A program made the translations under genes and the position numbers. Shown here in pieces: positions 17,783 to 21,376 of a stretch of DNA of 21,376 nucleotides. Source of the DNA: Chlamydiia bacterium (lineage in GTDB: Bacteria > Chlamydiota > Chlamydiia > Chlamydiales > 2-12-FULL-49-11); NCBI GenBank assembly GCA_044359535.1, contig JBIKLZ010000017.1:1-21376 (forward strand). Direction: 5' to 3'. Numbering within the stretch: the stretch's first letter is position 1; every line of letters starts with the position of its first letter. The notes beneath the pieces were generated by a model. That model did not search any database, was not told the origin of the DNA, and saw nothing but the letters and a program-made list of their open reading frames with translations.

Positions 17783-19014
17783 CTTTCTTTACTTCCCCCA
17801 CCCCCCCCTTCAGTAGCAACCTTAGGGTACAGTGCCTCTTGCATCAATCCAAAATAGGTTTTTGGCATTCCAGCGTCATCTTGAGCTAGCACTCTAATTT
17901 CTCTTATGAAATTATAGACATGCTCTCGATATGTGTTAGGATCTAATCCTGTTTTTTTAAGAAGATAGTGAGCTAAAAAGGCTGCACTTCTATCTTTTCC
18001 TTGTTGACAATAAACTAACACATTCTCACCCTTACTTAGTTTTTGATCAATCTGAGCAGCAGCATCATTAAAAAATGCTGAAAAGCCTTTTTTACCTTGT
18101 TCCGTATCAAAACTCTCAAAACCAATCTCATATTGAATTAGTTGATGATTAGTTTGTTGAGGTTTTTCATTTGTAAGCCCCACTGCCAATAGCTCACCCT
18201 CCATTTGTTTTTTATCATAAAGATATTCGATCCCTTTCGGAGGATAACTTCCACCTAAAAATAAACCTGGAGTAATTTCATGATAAACATTCGCTGTCAC
18301 AGTTCTTTGCATAAGTCTCATTGCTTCTTCAAGTTTTCCCTTATTGCAGAGTGGTGCCCACGGATCGATCACTTCACTTGTAGACTGTATGATAAGGCTT
18401 TTAGCTTCTTTCCAATATGGAGACAAGGTACTAGAATGTGGTTCTTCCACCCCTTCTACTGATCGTTCTTTTAAAGCGTTTGATGATGAGCTATCCACGC
18501 CGATCGAGCTTTGAGATCCGGGAGCGCTACTTAAGTCCTCTGGTAATGTAGTGGCGACTGTCTCGATGTCTGCTTCTTCCTCCCCTTCTACTGATGTTTC
18601 ATTAAAATCATTTGATAAGCAGCTATCCACGCTGCAGATCGATCCTTGAGATTTAGAAGCGCTATCTAAGGGCCGTTGTAATGTAGTGGCGAGTGTCTCA
18701 ATCTTTGCATCATATAAACCGTGCTTATTTCTTAATATTTCCCTTGCAGCAAGAATTGGAAGGCTGAGTGGAAAAAATACAATTAACCCTAGAAATTGAA
18801 GAGCTCTTAACACCACTTTCCAAACCGGAGCGATCTTATCAATCCACTCACTTGGTCCTTTTTGCTTTAATACTAAATCACCCTGATCGTCAGCTTTACC
18901 GTTGTATGTGACCCGTCTTCCAAAACCAACGTTAAGGATTGCTTCAATTTTATCAAAATCTGGATTTGTGGACGGATCACAAAGCACGCGATCGACTATA
19001 TTAAGATCTCTCAT
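17779..19014 (-). CDS. Membrane-anchored dual-specificity/lipid phosphatase (CX5R), putative secreted effector
   Basis: C-terminal DSP domain (HEITPGLFLG...GENVLVYCQQGKDRSAAFLAHYL...FIREIR), hydrophobic segment at aa ~65-90 and a Ser/Glu-rich duplicated linker. Confidence 0.85.
   Translation of the reverse strand: MRDLNIVDRVLCDPSTNPDFDKIEAILNVGFGRRVTYNGKADDQGDLVLKQKGPSEWIDKIAPVWKVVLRALQFLGLIVFFPLSLPILAAREILRNKHGLYDAKIETLATTLQRPLDSASKSQGSICSVDSCLSNDFNETSVEGEEEADIETVATTLPEDLSSAPGSQSSIGVDSSSSNALKERSVEGVEEPHSSTLSPYWKEAKSLIIQSTSEVIDPWAPLCNKGKLEEAMRLMQRTVTANVYHEITPGLFLGGSYPPKGIEYLYDKKQMEGELLAVGLTNEKPQQTNHQLIQYEIGFESFDTEQGKKGFSAFFNDAAAQIDQKLSKGENVLVYCQQGKDRSAAFLAHYLLKKTGLDPNTYREHVYNFIREIRVLAQDDAGMPKTYFGLMQEALYPKVATEGGGGGSKES
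18442..18702. repeat. Intragenic tandem duplication, 2 copies (18442-18567 and 18574-18702)
   Basis: Hand alignment gives 100/126 identical nt plus one 3-nt indel; it encodes IET.ATTL...L.SA..SQ.SI..VDS..SN...E.SVEG.EE twice. Confidence 0.92.
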
Positions 19015-19045
19015 TATTAACCTCTATTTTTTTATCTATACATTT

Positions 19046-19074
19046 ATTATAGAGGTTTTTTCTTTATTTTTCAA
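19046..19074 (-). promoter_or_regulatory. Near-consensus sigma70/sigma66 promoter of the phosphatase gene
   Basis: Minus strand TTGAAA(19074-19069)-17 nt-TATAAT(19051-19046); SD AGAGG before ATG 19014. Confidence 0.65.
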
Positions 19075-19183
19075 CTTTTTTCAGGACTTCTATTTCTAAA
19101 CTCATGATAATAAACAATTTAAACAATTAAAATAAAGAAGAAATTTTACTTACTATAGAACAGACTAAAAACAGGTTTATTTT

Positions 19184-20452
19184 TTAGTTGCCATTTCCTT
19201 TAATACTTTTCATAAATTCAGGGTCGTTTTTTAAATTCTGATCCACAAAATCAAGAGCCTTAGGGTTTTGCTTAAGAGCAGCCCGAGCCACTTCTTTATT
19301 CTTTTTCATTAAAGGACTTGCATATTCAAGGGCAAGACCGTCATTTTTTACAGCAGGAAGAACGACACTTTTTTTATTTTTTAACACATTACCTGCATAA
19401 GCTAAGACACTTCCATCCATCTCTACCAATTTAAGAACCAGTTCTTCATCTCTTTTAATTTGTACACTTACATGCTCAAGAGCAGCTGGACATAGTGTAA
19501 GAAAAGGCTCAACAAATGTTTTATCGTTTTTTTGTTGAGGAGTTGCTGTCAGTATTGTTTGCATCGCCTCCTCTTTGCTCATGGGTGGAATTGCATCTGT
19601 TATTTCTTGCAGTAGTGATGGCATTGTCATTGTTTCTATGTCTTTTTCTTCTAATTGATTTTCTGTAGCTCTTGACTTCCATATTATATCTTGAACTCTT
19701 GAGGATGCATCTTTAATTGCGTCTTGGTAATTTTTCATCGCTGCCCTTACAATCTCTTCATCATCTTTTAATTCCTTTGACGCATATTGTAAGCAATTTC
19801 CATCAATCTTTACCAATTCAAGAACAAGTTCTCTATTATTTTTAAAACTTCCACTTGCACTATAAAGTCCCATTGGATTTTTCTTAAGTAACTCTTTTAC
19901 TCCATTTGGATCCTTTTCTTGATTCTCAGCTGTTAGATTCTGCAGTTTCAGTGCGGCTCTGAGTTTCTCTGTCACAGCAGAAAGATCAAGCTTATTAACC
20001 TCTTTAGAAATCCTTTCTTCTGCTCGGTTGTCTCCCTCTGGACCATCGGTTTTTTGATTTTTCTCATCCCCTTTAATAAGTCGACTTTGATGAATAAGAC
20101 TTGTCGCCACTTTATTTGTTTGAGAAACAACTCGAGAGGGACTTTCTTGAATAGAACATGATGAAAATTCGCTTCTCAATCCAGCCCGAACTCCAAAAGC
20201 GATGAGTGAAAGGGGAAAAAGTGCAACTAATAACGCTGCATGACCTACCACCCCCCACAGTCGCCTGTGTTGCCCTTCACCAAGCTTTAATCTAGCACCT
20301 TGGTGAGAATCAGTGGTCCTTTTAATAACCCGTCCAACACCAATATTTGTTACAGTTTCAAAAAATCGATGCGCTCCATGTGTTTTATCGGTCTTCTCAA
20401 ATTCGATCACATCTGTCAAACGTAGACGGTTTTCGTTTGTACTTTTATCCAT
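19184..20452 (-). CDS. Membrane-anchored DUF4116-like repeat protein, putative secreted effector
   Basis: Seven ~25-aa repeats of consensus D.E.VL.AVK.DG.AL.YAS..LK (aa 181-255 and 310-409), hydrophobic segment at aa ~65-88, and SD AGGAG. Confidence 0.85.
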   Translation of the reverse strand: MDKSTNENRLRLTDVIEFEKTDKTHGAHRFFETVTNIGVGRVIKRTTDSHQGARLKLGEGQHRRLWGVVGHAALLVALFPLSLIAFGVRAGLRSEFSSCSIQESPSRVVSQTNKVATSLIHQSRLIKGDEKNQKTDGPEGDNRAEERISKEVNKLDLSAVTEKLRAALKLQNLTAENQEKDPNGVKELLKKNPMGLYSASGSFKNNRELVLELVKIDGNCLQYASKELKDDEEIVRAAMKNYQDAIKDASSRVQDIIWKSRATENQLEEKDIETMTMPSLLQEITDAIPPMSKEEAMQTILTATPQQKNDKTFVEPFLTLCPAALEHVSVQIKRDEELVLKLVEMDGSVLAYAGNVLKNKKSVVLPAVKNDGLALEYASPLMKKNKEVARAALKQNPKALDFVDQNLKNDPEFMKSIKGNGN

Positions 20453-20586
20453 AAATTCTCCTTTTAGTTATAAAAGATCAGATAAAATAAAATATGTATA
20501 GTTTTTTTAAAATCTTTGAATTTAAGCTCTTACCTCACAAACGTTTTTATATAGACAAAATTTATTATATATTTAATTTTATAATT

Positions 20587-20949
20587 ATGCATCCAAGTCT
20601 ATCAAAAAGAAAATCAACCCTCATTTCAACCCTCTTATTCCTTGTATTGCTCCTTGCAAATGGGATTTTTGGGGTTTGGTGGCCCTATATTTATATAACC
20701 ATAGGGGCTCCCATCTTCTCTAAACAATTTTTATCAGGAAGGATCTATGAGGGAATTGTTTCATTATCGATTTTTGGAGGGCTTTTTTTAGTTTCCCGTT
20801 TTGTTATTGATTGGTCTACAATACTTCCTGTTGTTTTTTCAATTTCTGCTCTTATGATTATTTTTAGAGAGTTTTTTAACCCTTACGCTGCAAAAGAGGT
20901 TGAGATTGAAGAGGATCAGAACTTAGAGACTATGGAAGAGGATCATTAA
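20587..20949 (+). CDS. Small integral membrane protein (about 4 TM, acidic tail)
   Basis: MHPSLSKRK followed by four hydrophobic segments (WWP...G...Q.L.GR...LPV.F...REFF). ATG 20587 is preferred because the ORF-track extension is low-complexity AT sequence. It resembles conserved chlamydial hypotheticals (from memory, unverified). Confidence 0.75.
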   Translation: MHPSLSKRKSTLISTLLFLVLLLANGIFGVWWPYIYITIGAPIFSKQFLSGRIYEGIVSLSIFGGLFLVSRFVIDWSTILPVVFSISALMIIFREFFNPYAAKEVEIEEDQNLETMEEDH

Positions 20950-20974
20950 TCAAAAAAATAACACAAACAGATCA

Positions 20975-21002
20975 TTTTTAAAATCAAATGTGATTTTAAA
21001 AA
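20975..21002. terminator. Hairpin between convergent genes, possible bidirectional terminator
   Basis: Perfect 12-bp arms TTTTTAAAATCA / TGATTTTAAAAA with a 4-nt loop. The stem is AT-rich, so it could instead be a protein-binding palindrome. Confidence 0.5.
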
Positions 21003-21029
21003 ACGTCTAATTTTTTAGGGATTAAGCTT

Positions 21030-21376
21030 TTAATGAAGGAAGGGGTAGTTTAATCCCATTGCCTTTTTACAGCGCTTTAATGTTGCCTGGGCCTTTTCTT
21101 GGGCTTTTTCTGTACCCTCTTTAATCACAGCTTCAATAAGGGTGCGGTTTTTAAAAATCCACTCCCTCCTTTCTCGAATGGGGGCAATAATTTCATCTAA
21201 AAGCTCAAAGGTCCTTTCTTTAACAGCACTGTCAGAAAGCCCCCCCTTTCTATAGTGCTGTTTTAACTTTAACACCTCTTCACTATCTGGATCAAAAAGA
21301 TCTAAGTATGAAAATGCTATTGATTGATCGGGATCTCCAGGGCTATCAATACTTAGTCGAGAGGGATCGCTTTTCA
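21030..21376 (-). CDS. trpS: Tryptophan--tRNA ligase, 3' part (gene begins beyond the window)
   Basis: The frame is open to the window edge: SDPSRLSIDSPGDPDQSIAFSYLDLFDPDSEEVLKLKQHYRKGGLSDSAVK...PIRERR...G..KA, the typical TrpRS C-terminal domain. Confidence 0.9.
   Translation of the reverse strand, partial: KSDPSRLSIDSPGDPDQSIAFSYLDLFDPDSEEVLKLKQHYRKGGLSDSAVKERTFELLDEIIAPIRERREWIFKNRTLIEAVIKEGTEKAQEKAQATLKRCKKAMGLNYPFLH

Noticed and set aside
18442-18702. Possible CRISPR array or diversity-generating-retroelement TR/VR pair
   Set aside because: Only two in-frame tandem copies with no spacers, differences are not adenine-specific, and there is no cas or reverse transcriptase gene in the window.
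869-20501. The many 60-113 aa ORFs antisense to or overlapping long genes (e.g. 869-1174, 5161-5367, 6876-7139, 10058-10270, 16423-16764, 18902-19099)
   Set aside because: They are shadow ORFs of well-supported genes and have no motifs of their own.

Overview
AT-rich bacterial chromosomal segment, very probably from an environmental Chlamydiota genome: it has the chlamydial-type blocks rpmG-lolC/E-lolD and dcd<>ruvB-spoIID-like. Most genes are housekeeping: emrA-like adaptor (partial), NodT/TolC outer-membrane factor, ddl, tsaC, FKBP PPIase, tsaD, rpmG (missed by the ORF track), lolC/E, lolD, mreD-like, suhB, folD, rnr, dcd, ruvB, spoIID-like, a small membrane protein and trpS (partial). There are two accessory spots. 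(1) A complete 1067-bp IS5-family (IS903-group) element with perfect 19-bp inverted repeats and a 9-bp target duplication sits in the first codons of an orphan gene, which can be rebuilt as 535 aa. (2) Two tandem genes share a membrane-anchoring N-terminal domain but carry different cargo: a CX5R phosphatase with a KDR P-loop, and DUF4116-like 25-aa repeats. They look like a modular family of secreted or inclusion-membrane effectors. Several housekeeping genes also show a -10 box 6-7 nt before an ATG lacking a well-spaced Shine-Dalgarno (SD) sequence, suggesting leaderless mRNAs. No rRNA, tRNA or CRISPR array was seen. All family calls come from motif recognition by eye; no database search was run.
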